Of a stretch of DNA of 64,000 nt, positions 1 through 9,759 are shown one piece after another. The DNA is taken from positions 124,001 to 188,000 of IMG/VR virus record IMGVR_UViG_3300042386_001233. One strand, 5' to 3'. The position numbers and the translations under genes were made by a program. Numbering within the stretch: position 1 is the stretch's first letter; each line of letters opens with the position of its first letter. The notes under the pieces were generated by a model that saw nothing but the letters and a program-made list of their open reading frames with translations, ran no database searches and had not been told where the DNA came from.

Positions 1-566
1 TTAGCAAGTTGTGAGACTATGTGTTTTTTTGCCATCATTTTTTTCCAATTTTTCTCTTTAGCTATCATACTATTCATACACCTGTCAGTAAAAATATCAA
101 CCATCTTATCACACTCGTTTTCGTTCCATCTAATGCCAGCCGCAGCAGCTTTGCTGTGTTCCCCATCCATACTAAATGACCCATAATGAATCATAACATG
201 TGTATTTGGCATCAATATTCTAAGGTCGGCAGCTTGTAATAAAACACTACTAGAAGATTCTGCTTTAGCATAAGCGAGGATGATAACTTTAGCTTTTGAT
301 GCCCTGACAGCATCATACATACCTAGGCAGTCTTGCCAGTCTCCTCCTGGTAAATGCATATGAACTAAAATTGGTTCTAGAGATAATAGGTTTAAGTACC
401 TGAGATTTTTTTCAAGTACTATAGCAGACCTATAGTCAACACCACCTTCTTCACTATCTCCTAAATATGAATGTAGATATATTTCTCTGTTTTTTGTATC
501 TATATTATATGAGTGTATTGATTGTAATTCGCTTTCAAGTTCAGTAAATGATTTGGCTGTTGACAT
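1..566 (-). CDS. clpP: ClpP-family ATP-dependent protease proteolytic subunit (3' end runs off window; not in ORF track)
   Basis: Manual translation from ATG at 566: MSTAKSFTELESELQSIHSYNIDTKNREIYLHSYLG...ILVHMHLPGGDWQDCLGMYDAV...AYAKAESSSSVLLQAADLRILMPNTHVMIHYG. This matches the ClpP pattern (xPGG, catalytic Ser in AxSxxS, R-x-x-xP-N, MIH). Confidence 0.85.
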   Translation of the reverse strand, partial: MSTAKSFTELESELQSIHSYNIDTKNREIYLHSYLGDSEEGGVDYRSAIVLEKNLRYLNLLSLEPILVHMHLPGGDWQDCLGMYDAVRASKAKVIILAYAKAESSSSVLLQAADLRILMPNTHVMIHYGSFSMDGEHSKAAAAGIRWNENECDKMVDIFTDRCMNSMIAKEKNWKKMMAKKHIVSQLA

Positions 567-568
567 TG

Positions 569-1000
569 TTATGATAGCTCCGAGTATACTCTCTTATTTA
601 TATCTCTCATTACCGAAGAATCATCAAAAGCTTTACCAACAGCAATTCGGAATCTGTATCTAGTAAAAATATCTAGGGTTTCAACCCCATCGGTTTTTTC
701 GATAACATCAGCAACTTTATGAGTAATATCAAAGTTAGTATGCCCAATCCAAAAATTAAAAATCTTTCCACTCATAGTATTATCAGTGACTGGTATAATG
801 CCCATTGGCGTAGCAATAACTTTTACTCTTTGTGTTGTATTAATTATTTTATTCTCTTGCTCCTCATCATTAATGTTTTCAGTAGTACCATCTGATTCTT
901 GTTCTTCATAATCTGCAAGATATGGATCATGCTCCAGCTCTTCTGCGTCATCAGATCCAAATGGATCAAGCCACTTTTGCCATGAGATAAGATTGATCAT
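569..1000 (-). CDS. hypothetical phage protein, acidic N-terminus
   Basis: 143 aa ORF packed against clpP; no recognised family. Confidence 0.6.
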   Translation of the reverse strand: MINLISWQKWLDPFGSDDAEELEHDPYLADYEEQESDGTTENINDEEQENKIINTTQRVKVIATPMGIIPVTDNTMSGKIFNFWIGHTNFDITHKVADVIEKTDGVETLDIFTRYRFRIAVGKAFDDSSVMRDINKRVYSELS

Positions 1001-1096
1001 ATAATTGATACTTTGTTTAAACTCTTATTTTTTTTAGAGATACCATGTATAATACACCCATGGTATAGTAATAAGAAATTGGCCGACAAACAACAG

Positions 1097-1513
1097 CTAT
1101 TTGGAGTTAAATACAGATCTTGGTCTGATTAGTGGGCCATTATCAATTAGTTTTTTCTCAAATTCGGTTTTTATAACATCATAATATGATAGAACATTAT
1201 CATAAAATAATTGCTCTTTATCATTATTCGTGTTTTTGATTTTATTACGAATTGTTGTCAATAATTTTGGTTCCATTAGATTATTAGTAACATAAATCAA
1301 CAATTCTGCAAATTTCTCTGCTTCTGTTGAAATTTCAACTAGAGATAATTTATCTAACTTTGGATGCAAAACTATGATATCAACCATGTCGTCTGGATGT
1401 AGAATTACACTTAGACTATGCATCTCCTCTGCTATAGACTCTTCTTGGGTTTTTTCTTTAGCCACAGAGGGCTGTTTTTTACTTAGCCAATAACGAAAGA
1501 GTTCTTGTAGCAT
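1097..1513 (-). CDS. hypothetical protein
   Basis: 138 aa ORF, colinear with neighbours. Confidence 0.55.
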   Translation of the reverse strand: MLQELFRYWLSKKQPSVAKEKTQEESIAEEMHSLSVILHPDDMVDIIVLHPKLDKLSLVEISTEAEKFAELLIYVTNNLMEPKLLTTIRNKIKNTNNDKEQLFYDNVLSYYDVIKTEFEKKLIDNGPLIRPRSVFNSK

Positions 1514-1904
1514 TTGGTGGTAGTATATCGGTGTTAAGATCTATGGTTCTAGTATAGCTATTTATTATAGTAGTTTCATAATTAACAAAACAAATATAAT
1601 ATATATCAAGCTGAGAAGTTATGATAATGTCAACTAATTTAGGATTTGTTCCAGAGGTTTCTTTTATACATCTATTCAACAGCATTGATAGAAGCTCATT
1701 AATGTCTTGATTAGGCTCTAGTTCAACAGAAGGCAGTCTTAGAGTATAATCAGCTAATGAGAGTATCTCATATCTGTTCTTGGAATGAATAAAAATTGGA
1801 ATAATAAGATTAAGCTGTGCATTTATCATAAGATCGAATAATATCCAGTGCTCTCTTAATGTTTTGCCTAATTGCTTCTCTAGAGACACCAAACTTTTTA
1901 CCAA
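1479..1904 (-). CDS. hypothetical protein (true start probably internal)
   Basis: ORF overlaps the sigma gene; an internal Met (MINAQL) is more plausible. Confidence 0.45.
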   Translation of the reverse strand: MVKSLVSLEKQLGKTLREHWILFDLMINAQLNLIIPIFIHSKNRYEILSLADYTLRLPSVELEPNQDINELLSMLLNRCIKETSGTNPKLVDIIITSQLDIYYICFVNYETTIINSYTRTIDLNTDILPPNATRTLSLLAK

Positions 1905-2409
1905 TATATGACAAAGTATGATTTTCTAGATAATACATTTTAATCTGTATTTTCTGTTTGTCAGATAAAATGCTATTATTCAGTAGCTGATCGATGCTTG
2001 ATGTTAACCGTGAAGACTCTTCTTTATCTATTAAAATATCTACTGGATCCATTGCCTTCTCATCAGATATAGAAGAATAGAATGACGAGTCTGAACCCTC
2101 TTCACTAAAATTAAGACTGATACTTGTATCGAGATGTTTTTTGTATTTATTAGTTACATATGTCTTAATTGCCCATATTGCACACTGATTACGATATGAG
2201 TATAGTGTCTTTTTCTGACCACTTTTCCCAGGTCTATTTGGATCAAATCTCCAATCGGCATACATAATGGCTGTTGCAACATCTGATACTGCATCAGTGT
2301 TTTTCAACATTTCTGCTGAGAGACCATTGTAAAATCTTGGTCCAAATTTCACTATGGTTTTTTTTGCTAGGTTTATATACGAATCCAAACTGTCATACGT
2401 TCTGTCCAT
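1810..2409 (-). CDS. sigma70-family RNA polymerase sigma factor (small; regions 2 and 4)
   Basis: Region-2-like DVATAIMYADWRFDPNR...TLYSYRNQCAIWAIKTY and region-4 HTH LSDKQKIQIKMYY...TLSYIGKKFGVSREAIRQNIKRAL. Confidence 0.85.
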   Translation of the reverse strand: MDRTYDSLDSYINLAKKTIVKFGPRFYNGLSAEMLKNTDAVSDVATAIMYADWRFDPNRPGKSGQKKTLYSYRNQCAIWAIKTYVTNKYKKHLDTSISLNFSEEGSDSSFYSSISDEKAMDPVDILIDKEESSRLTSSIDQLLNNSILSDKQKIQIKMYYLENHTLSYIGKKFGVSREAIRQNIKRALDIIRSYDKCTA

Positions 2410-2452
2410 TAAAAGTCCTTTTGTATAAAATAAAATCTTAATTGAAAGTGTC

Positions 2453-2881
2453 TTACTTAGTTAACTTTTTCCACTGATCAGGATCTGGTCTGTCTTTATC
2501 TCCTCGTTTAGCTGGCTTATAATTCTTGCCTTCTCGTTCTTTTTTCTTGCGGATATTATCCCAAAGTCCAGGCTTATCCCCAGCAAAAGAGTTATCGTCC
2601 TCTGATGGTACATACTTCACAAAATCGTGAATGGTTCGCATGTAATCCTCAGTTATGGCGATTTTACCCTGTAGCCAGCTTTCTGTCAAGTTTTCTTTAA
2701 CTGACGGGTCACCTAGAGAGTCAAGTATGTTTTTAGCATGTTGCATGATTGCTGTGAGTGAGCCGATATTCATCTCTAGGAAGTCTTGTTTATATTCATT
2801 TAACTCTGTCTTTGGAGACTCAATTTCTTGATTCTCTACTGCTGCCTGAACATTTTTTAGTATATCGTATATTCTGTCCAT
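2453..2881 (-). CDS. hypothetical phage protein with small conserved modules
   Basis: LTESWLQGKIAITEDYM and PGLWDNIRKKK motifs resemble modules I recall from large aquatic phage proteins. Confidence 0.55.
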   Translation of the reverse strand: MDRIYDILKNVQAAVENQEIESPKTELNEYKQDFLEMNIGSLTAIMQHAKNILDSLGDPSVKENLTESWLQGKIAITEDYMRTIHDFVKYVPSEDDNSFAGDKPGLWDNIRKKKEREGKNYKPAKRGDKDRPDPDQWKKLTK

Positions 2882-2908
2882 GATTAATACCTTTATTTAT
2901 TGAGACTA

Positions 2909-3502
2909 TTATGTCTGTAAAGTTAAAAAGTTGTCTATACCCATTTGTTCAATAAGCTTTAAGTAGCCTTCGTATAGTTTTATGCCATCTTCACTACCTT
3001 GTAGTAGAGGAATCATTATATTGGCTGTTAGTTCATCTCCTACCGCCCTAGCTGCAACAATAGTTGCTTTTTCTGTATCTGCAGCCTCTCTTACAGATGC
3101 TAAGTTATAGTTGATAATAGCAACCATGTCATGTCGTGTCCATGATGGAGGAGACACTACTAGTGGTTGATAATCTTGATCAAAAAATTCTAGTCTTGTT
3201 AAGTTGATTATTGAGTGTTGGTGTTCTTCTAGGGCATCTGCTTTAATGATAGCAGCAAGTTTCTTATATCCCCATCTTTCAAGATGAACAGCTTGAGCAC
3301 TTAATGAAGTTGTTTGTTGCCAGTGTATATTCAAAGACTTTTTAAGTAATCCGATAACATTATTTTCGGTCTCAGATACAACATTTTCTATAGTTTCATT
3401 AACCTCATTAGTTTCATTAGTCTGGCTAGCTTGTACTTCGTCCACTTGATTTTCCTTTACTTCAGCATTTTCGTTTAATAGTTCATCTATTGTTTTGGTC
3501 AT
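2909..3502 (-). CDS. bacterioferritin-like protein with degenerate ferroxidase centre
   Basis: Aligns by eye to Bfr (WGYKKLA, EEHQH, GDELTA, LIEQMGIDNFL); acidic N-terminal extension. Confidence 0.75.
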   Translation of the reverse strand: MTKTIDELLNENAEVKENQVDEVQASQTNETNEVNETIENVVSETENNVIGLLKKSLNIHWQQTTSLSAQAVHLERWGYKKLAAIIKADALEEHQHSIINLTRLEFFDQDYQPLVVSPPSWTRHDMVAIINYNLASVREAADTEKATIVAARAVGDELTANIMIPLLQGSEDGIKLYEGYLKLIEQMGIDNFLTLQT

Positions 3503-4001
3503 AATTATTAATCCATTTTTTATAGTTAGTATAAAATTGTTCTAAGTGCTGTTCATTGCGTATCATTCCTTCTATAATATTACACTGTACGCATAAAATT
3601 CCTCTAACCTTACCAGTATTGTGATCATGATCTATAACGGCAGCATTTCCTTTATTCTTAGCATGGTGAAAAACTGCAATACCACAGATACCGCAGTTCT
3701 TTATTGCTCTTAAATGTTTTAGCTCTTCTATAGTAATATTGTATTTTGTTATAAATTTGTAACAGGTTGTGCAGATTGTCGAACTGAAATATATGTGCCT
3801 GGTTTTATTGCATGATTGACATTGACCTATGTTTCCTTTACTCATTCTACATAGTCTACAGAAATTGTGTTTTTTGGATTTGAAAATAGTTCCACACTCG
3901 CAAGCCTTTAGCTTAAGTTTGCAATAATCACAAAATTTTCTAGAATTTTGAGGGACCTCATTTAATTTACATTTTCTACATTTTCTCATGATTATTACCA
4001 A
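3483..4001 (-). CDS. endonuclease VII-like homing endonuclease with Zn fingers
   Basis: CGIC...IDHDHNTGKVRGILCVQCN motif; multiple CxxC pairs. Confidence 0.85.
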   Translation of the reverse strand: MVIIMRKCRKCKLNEVPQNSRKFCDYCKLKLKACECGTIFKSKKHNFCRLCRMSKGNIGQCQSCNKTRHIYFSSTICTTCYKFITKYNITIEELKHLRAIKNCGICGIAVFHHAKNKGNAAVIDHDHNTGKVRGILCVQCNIIEGMIRNEQHLEQFYTNYKKWINNYDQNNR

Positions 4002-4531
4002 CTCTTACATGCCCAATATCGACTTTTCCACTTTGGCCCAGGATTATCACAATTCATTCTAGCTCTAAAACTTTTCCTTCGTGAAGGAATATTTTTTTTA
4101 ATTTTCATGTTAGGATCACCAAATCTAACAATAACTACTTTACCCTTGTCATTTTTAACATAAACGGCAGATTTTTTAGGACCGTCAGGAGTTCTAAAAG
4201 GTTTATTAAGAGTAACCTTGCGTCCTTGATATTCTGAAGATACGGCACATAGATCAAATTCTTCTGTTACTTCATCAGTATCAACATAGTCATTTTCATT
4301 GGGTAAAATCAAATTAGCTTTAGTTAGCTCTTCACCGTCACTATCGTATTCATTATCTATGTAGGAAATAGCCTCGCACACTTGCTCCAACAATGAAGCT
4401 TTGACCTGACCAAGACACGCTGCTATTCTTTGTTGAGAATCTGGATAGTCTTTTTTCATAGCCTCATCACCCATGCATCTTGCAACAAAATTTTTAGATT
4501 TTTCATCAGGATTTGGTTTTGGAATTGGCAT
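3995..4531 (-). CDS. conserved viral hypothetical protein
   Basis: C-terminal VRFGDPNMKIK...RRKSFRARMNC...RYWACKSW module typical of aquatic phages; N-terminal PIPKP...FVARCM...QRIAAC module. Confidence 0.6.
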   Translation of the reverse strand: MPIPKPNPDEKSKNFVARCMGDEAMKKDYPDSQQRIAACLGQVKASLLEQVCEAISYIDNEYDSDGEELTKANLILPNENDYVDTDEVTEEFDLCAVSSEYQGRKVTLNKPFRTPDGPKKSAVYVKNDKGKVVIVRFGDPNMKIKKNIPSRRKSFRARMNCDNPGPKWKSRYWACKSW

Positions 4532-4540
4532 AATATTAAC

Positions 4541-5602
4541 CTATTTATTCATGTAACTGAGTATCTTTTGTGCTGTATTTGTCCACGATAACTGATTAGC
4601 AGTATTTACACCAGCAGGATTAGTATTAATGTGATTATTGACCACATATCGCATATAATCGATCAATATGTCTTTTTCAGATTGATCTATTTTTGCCCAA
4701 TTACCCTGACCCATAAAAGCCTTGCCGTCATGGGCTTTTTCAGTAGTCGATATATCGACTAAATATGAGTTGTCTTTATTACAAAACTCTGTATGTGCTG
4801 AATAATTAGTAGTTATAACAGGTTTATTCATAGCCATACACTCTAATAACTCCATATTCCAACCCTCTGCTCTTGAGGGGAAAATACCACAATTAGCTTT
4901 TGATATTAGTTCTGCAATCTCAGAATGTTGAGCAAACCCCGAAAATAATTTAACTCTACTATCGTTTTGGTACATATTCTTCCACTGCTCAATTTCAGCA
5001 GGAGAGGAGTATCCATTGGTTGTTTCTGAAGCTAAAATCCAAAGTTCAACATCTGGATTATTTGGAAAAGCTTTGGTAAATAATTCTAATAAAATATCAT
5101 GACCTTTTCTTACTTCCCACTTGCCTATGTTAATAAATACATACTTATTATCAGATGGTTGTGAATATCTAGACTTATCAAATATCGACAAGTCAACGCC
5201 AAGCGGAGCAACATGAACTGGAGTTGAAACGTGCTTAGACACTACATCGGCTGCCCACTGACTAGTTGTAAAAATACCATCTGGAGTTTTTAGGCTATTG
5301 ATTTCTATATCACTAAAAGTATCTAGTTCAAAAAAGGGAAAAGCAAAATATGGACCTCTTCCTACATGCTCTAATAAGTCAAACTGATGCCATATTTTAA
5401 GATGAGGAGCATTTATATCGCATAAATATCTTTGTTTAAGAATATTTGATACAAAGGCGTGATCCTCTTGTGTTTCTACTGATGGCTGACCTATTGGGAA
5501 ATATGATATAACATTATTGAGAGCGCTAAGACCCTTAATAATATTGTAGGAAGCTATGCCATATCCTGTACTGTTGATTGGTGCCGACACATTGATGTTC
5601 AT
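4541..5602 (-). CDS. glycosyltransferase, GT-B fold (GT4-like)
   Basis: TGYG N-terminus, GKWEVRKGHDIL, FPSRAEGWNMELLECMAMNKPVITT (EX7E motif). Confidence 0.9.
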   Translation of the reverse strand: MNINVSAPINSTGYGIASYNIIKGLSALNNVISYFPIGQPSVETQEDHAFVSNILKQRYLCDINAPHLKIWHQFDLLEHVGRGPYFAFPFFELDTFSDIEINSLKTPDGIFTTSQWAADVVSKHVSTPVHVAPLGVDLSIFDKSRYSQPSDNKYVFINIGKWEVRKGHDILLELFTKAFPNNPDVELWILASETTNGYSSPAEIEQWKNMYQNDSRVKLFSGFAQHSEIAELISKANCGIFPSRAEGWNMELLECMAMNKPVITTNYSAHTEFCNKDNSYLVDISTTEKAHDGKAFMGQGNWAKIDQSEKDILIDYMRYVVNNHINTNPAGVNTANQLSWTNTAQKILSYMNK

Positions 5603-6720
5603 TTTTCAAATATCCTATTATGAGTATTGTTAACTTGTATAAATGTTGTTTTTTTACCAAAGTCTTTAATTTTAGAAGCTCCAACATAAGTGCATGAACT
5701 TCTAAGACCTCCCATTATATCCAACATAATATCCTCAGTAGTTCCCTTATATGGAATAATAACGGATTTTCCTTCACTGGTTCTATAGTTAGCAACTCCG
5801 TTATGATATTTATCCATTGCGTCCTTGGAACTCATACCATAGAACTTAAGACGTATCTTTCTTTTTTCTGTTTCATATCCAGGATTAAATGGTTGCCAAA
5901 ATTCTCCTGCAAGACCTGCTTTGACGCACTTATATTCGTATTCCCATTCCCCTTCACAGCAGTCTGTACCAGCAAGCATACTGCCAAGCATAACGAAATC
6001 TGTATTTGCACCAAAAGCTTTACAAATATCAGCAACTATTTTACAACCCCCATCGCTGCAAATGTGTCCACCAATACCATGAGCAGCGTCGGCACACTCC
6101 ATTACGGCAGACAGCTGGGGGTATCCCACGCCAGTTTTTAATCTTGTAGTACAAACAGATCCTGAACCTATACCGACCTTCACTATGTCCACCAGTCCGT
6201 GCATCAGCAGTTCTTCTGTCATTTCCGGAGTAACAACATTCCCAGCCATAATAACAATATCAGGATACATATCCCTAATATGTTTGACAGCCTTAACGAA
6301 CTTATCGCTATATCCGTTGGCAACATCAACGCATACATTTGGTAAATATAAGCCCTTAAGTTTTAGTCTGTCAAAAGTGTCTATGAGTTTCTCTATATCT
6401 GGCTTATTAATTCCTGTAGAATAGAAGGAAAGTTCTGGTTTTTGAGATTTTGTAAAATAGTCAACAATCTCATCAATAGAGTAGTGTTTATGCAAACATG
6501 TTATAGCATTGAATTGAGCCAGCACTCCTGCCATACTCATTGTGCCGGTTGTGTCCATATTGGCGGCAACAATAGGAGTACAAGATAAAAATCTTGTAGA
6601 ATATAGAAATTTAAAATCTCGTTGTAGAGAAACCTCTGATCTACTACCAAGTCTTGATCTCTTGGGTTTAATCAGTACATCGTCAAAATCTAGTTTTAGT
6701 TCATTGATAATTTTTTGCAT
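5599..6720 (-). CDS. guaC: GMP reductase
   Basis: LDFDDVLIKPKRS, PIVAANMDTTG, VDVANGYS, KVGIGSGSVCTTR...GVGYPQLSA, SDGGC, FYGMSS, YRTSEGK, GGLRSSCTYVGA. Confidence 0.92.
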   Translation of the reverse strand: MQKIINELKLDFDDVLIKPKRSRLGSRSEVSLQRDFKFLYSTRFLSCTPIVAANMDTTGTMSMAGVLAQFNAITCLHKHYSIDEIVDYFTKSQKPELSFYSTGINKPDIEKLIDTFDRLKLKGLYLPNVCVDVANGYSDKFVKAVKHIRDMYPDIVIMAGNVVTPEMTEELLMHGLVDIVKVGIGSGSVCTTRLKTGVGYPQLSAVMECADAAHGIGGHICSDGGCKIVADICKAFGANTDFVMLGSMLAGTDCCEGEWEYEYKCVKAGLAGEFWQPFNPGYETEKRKIRLKFYGMSSKDAMDKYHNGVANYRTSEGKSVIIPYKGTTEDIMLDIMGGLRSSCTYVGASKIKDFGKKTTFIQVNNTHNRIFEK

Positions 6721-6721
6721 T

Positions 6722-6925
6722 TTATGTTTTCTTCAAGTATTCATCAGTATCATAACACTTCCATGTTTTGTGGCTTTCAAAACCACGCTCGCTAACACAA
6801 ATTTTTGGTCCGGTTAAGAGACCCTTCCCTTTAAAATGATATAATGCTGCCAATATTGCGGATATTGGATCATTACAATCAATGATATATTTTATTTGAC
6901 CAGACTTTACATAATATTTAGGCAT
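6722..6925 (-). CDS. hypothetical protein
   Basis: 67 aa, tightly packed between guaC and the NDT-like gene. Confidence 0.55.
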   Translation of the reverse strand: MPKYYVKSGQIKYIIDCNDPISAILAALYHFKGKGLLTGPKICVSERGFESHKTWKCYDTDEYLKKT

Positions 6926-6926
6926 G

Positions 6927-7457
6927 TTATACCGAGAAAAAATACCATCTTTTATAGGTATCTATGTTTTCCGATGTGTTTATATGAGAAAGATAATCTT
7001 TGATATCATCCCAAGAAGAAAAAATAGTTTGATGTGGTATTGTGCCGAATAACCAATCCGGGGCGTTTATCTTACCTTGCTCCATATGAATTATTATTGG
7101 CTTTTTCTGACGATTAGCCCAAAATATTTCTTCATATGTTCCGCATGGATGAATATCAAGATTCAGATTCACGACCAAAAAGTCACTAATATCTACAAGT
7201 CTTAAATCTACCCTGCGAATAACTTTCATCATTTCTGCAAGTTCATCGTATCTCTCTGCTTTTTTCAGTTTGGTCTTAATAGTATGAGAGTCACTGTCTT
7301 CCATACCTGTGTTTGTTGGCTTAGTAATAGGATTAAAGACTATGGAACCCATTTCTTCAAGAAATGGAGTAATATTATCTCTCCAAGTAGCTCCGCGATC
7401 AGCAACTCTATCCATAGCCCCGGCCAAATAAACTCGTTGATTCTTCAATCTATTCAT
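6927..7457 (-). CDS. nucleoside 2-deoxyribosyltransferase-like / nucleotide hydrolase
   Basis: VYLAGAM...WR...FNP...DLRLVDISDFLVV...GTYEE motif set. Confidence 0.75.
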   Translation of the reverse strand: MNRLKNQRVYLAGAMDRVADRGATWRDNITPFLEEMGSIVFNPITKPTNTGMEDSDSHTIKTKLKKAERYDELAEMMKVIRRVDLRLVDISDFLVVNLNLDIHPCGTYEEIFWANRQKKPIIIHMEQGKINAPDWLFGTIPHQTIFSSWDDIKDYLSHINTSENIDTYKRWYFFSV

Positions 7458-7606
7458 ATTTAATTAGTAGCGATCAGTAAATAAAAAGGTAAATAAGTTT
7501 CTTGACGAATATAATCTATGACAGCTAGATCTGTCATGTATTTTATATTGGGCGTCTATCATGCCAAAAACTATTGCCAAAACCAAAAAGAATAATATAA
7601 CTTCAA

Positions 7607-8326
7607 TCATGTTAGGTATCCAATATAATTGTGTCTCATGCGATTAACTTCATCAATCATCTGTTGTAGATGTTTTGGGTCAGTAGACCGACCAGATGGG
7701 TTATGATAGTACAAACCGACTGGGTGGTTGACCATCTTTATTCTAGCACCTCCCGCAGCACAACGCAACCACATATCTCCATCAGAAGCCGTCTTATAGT
7801 TTTCATCAAATAGCCCAAATCTATCATGTAAATTCTTCTTCCATAACGGCATACAATGAGGACTGTTATTATTTAGTAGATTACGGAAAGAGTGGGGTAG
7901 GCATGGGTAGACTTGATCATATGTATTATCTTCATATTTTTCATTTGCTTCTGTAGAAACATAAGTAATTCCATATGCTATGTCTAGTAAAGGATCTCTG
8001 TCAAATGCTTTAAGCAAAATGTCTATACTGTCAGTACTTTTACGATCATCAATATTCCAGTTGCCTATTATAGATGATGAACATAAACGAATAGCAATGT
8101 TCCACGCAGCATATAATCCTGGATCTTTTTCTAGTTGATGATACTTTACATTATTAAACCTTTTTGCAATTGGTAGGATATAGTCTTTTTCATTTTCTGT
8201 AGAACTACAGTCAAGAAAAATAAATTCTGTATTATTAAATACTGATTGTTTTAGCATATCATTGAGATATCCTTCAATGAATTTTTCACCTTTATAAAAC
8301 GAACAAAATATTGAACATTTAAACAT
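7607..8326 (-). CDS. glycosyltransferase family 2
   Basis: FLDCSSTENE, GLYAAWN, NIDD, FGLFDENYKTASDGDMWLR; start moved to MFKCSIF. Confidence 0.88.
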   Translation of the reverse strand: MFKCSIFCSFYKGEKFIEGYLNDMLKQSVFNNTEFIFLDCSSTENEKDYILPIAKRFNNVKYHQLEKDPGLYAAWNIAIRLCSSSIIGNWNIDDRKSTDSIDILLKAFDRDPLLDIAYGITYVSTEANEKYEDNTYDQVYPCLPHSFRNLLNNNSPHCMPLWKKNLHDRFGLFDENYKTASDGDMWLRCAAGGARIKMVNHPVGLYYHNPSGRSTDPKHLQQMIDEVNRMRHNYIGYLT

Positions 8327-8339
8327 ATGCAGATTTTTA

Positions 8340-9443
8340 TTAGTTATATTTGAGAAAATGTATGATTTTATCGCAAATAAAGCTGATTTGACTTTCACTA
8401 AGAGTGGGATATGAAGGAACCATTAGACATTGGTTTTGTAATATTTTTGAGTTTTCATTAGATACGCATTTAATAGGCTTCAGATATTTATGCTGATGTA
8501 TATCATAAAACATTGGCCTTGTATCTATTCCTGCTTCGTACAAATATAATTCGAGTGATTTTTTCTTTTCTAAATCAAAATCTAGAAATCTCATACCAAG
8601 CATCCAATTAGAATGAGAGGTATCGGGATCTATATGCTGAAAAGATATATTAGGCAATTTTAAAATAGATCTATATTGATTAAAAATATTCTTTTTTTGA
8701 TTTATAATCCAGTCTAAATCATTTAGCTGACCATATAAAATAGCAGCTTGTATATTTGTCATTCTGTAATTATAGCCAAGATAATCATGAATGAATTTTT
8801 TATGGGATTGCCCTTGATTTTTTACTGTATTGATATAAGAGAACAGCTCATCATCAGAAGTTATAAAAGCACCACCTTCTCCGCATGTTATTGTTTTATT
8901 ACCAAAAAAAGATATTGATGAAGCAAAACATTCTGATCCAGATGGTTTATCTCCATAGGATCCCAAGAAGCCTTCACAATTGTCTTCTACAAAAATAGTA
9001 TTTGGAAATTTTTGTTTTAGTTTTGGAACATTGATAATATTTCCGATATTATGTACTATCAATACTGCGGTTTCTTCATCTAAAAGTTCTTCCAGATAAG
9101 AGTCTTCAAAATTCCAAGTATATAAATTGGCGTCTACTGGTATTAGTTCATACTTTTGAGTATATAAAAAAGCATTCCACGCAGCTACATATACATTATT
9201 TGGAACAATAATTTTTTTGATAGATGGATATTTATATTGTAGTGCCAAAGCTAATAGATGAGTAGCTGTCGTCCCATTATTCGTTAGTACGATTTTATGA
9301 TTGTTGTATTTAGCTTTTGATTTTAATAAATTTTTTGTTAAATCCAGATACTCTCCTTGAGATGATATCCAGCCACTATCCAGTGCTTTATGGGCATGTT
9401 TTAGATTATTTTTAGTTAGATACGGTTGGTATATAGGTATCAT
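8340..9443 (-). CDS. DegT/DnrJ/EryC1/StrS PLP aminotransferase (perosamine synthase-like)
   Basis: GWISSQG, TNNGTTA, EDNCEG, SFFGNKTITCGEGG (PLP Lys), GYNYRMTNIQAA. Confidence 0.92.
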   Translation of the reverse strand: MIPIYQPYLTKNNLKHAHKALDSGWISSQGEYLDLTKNLLKSKAKYNNHKIVLTNNGTTATHLLALALQYKYPSIKKIIVPNNVYVAAWNAFLYTQKYELIPVDANLYTWNFEDSYLEELLDEETAVLIVHNIGNIINVPKLKQKFPNTIFVEDNCEGFLGSYGDKPSGSECFASSISFFGNKTITCGEGGAFITSDDELFSYINTVKNQGQSHKKFIHDYLGYNYRMTNIQAAILYGQLNDLDWIINQKKNIFNQYRSILKLPNISFQHIDPDTSHSNWMLGMRFLDFDLEKKKSLELYLYEAGIDTRPMFYDIHQHKYLKPIKCVSNENSKILQNQCLMVPSYPTLSESQISFICDKIIHFLKYN

Positions 9444-9448
9444 AGAAT

Positions 9449-9757
9449 CTAGTATGTCTTATGACTTCTCTGTAAAAATTTACCATTATCTAACTCTTCT
9501 CCACTTATCTTAGCATTAATAATTTCAATAATTTTTTCATCTACTTCATTAATTAGTTGGTTTCTTTGAACATTTAAATCACAAGCTTTTTTAAGATACT
9601 GCCATAGTTCAATGGCTCCATTTTCAGTATCAAAATACTTTTGTTTATATTCTTCAAATGTCATTCGTCTAATTTCATACAGCAATTCTTGATTATTCCA
9701 CATTTTAAGATCTACTGTTGTTAGTTTATCTACTAGTGAGCCTAATGTATCGGCCAT
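9449..9757 (-). CDS. small helical protein (DUF4254-like)
   Basis: TLGSLVDKLTTVDLKMW...LNVQRNQLINEVD pattern. Confidence 0.55.
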   Translation of the reverse strand: MADTLGSLVDKLTTVDLKMWNNQELLYEIRRMTFEEYKQKYFDTENGAIELWQYLKKACDLNVQRNQLINEVDEKIIEIINAKISGEELDNGKFLQRSHKTY

Positions 9758-9759
9758 AT

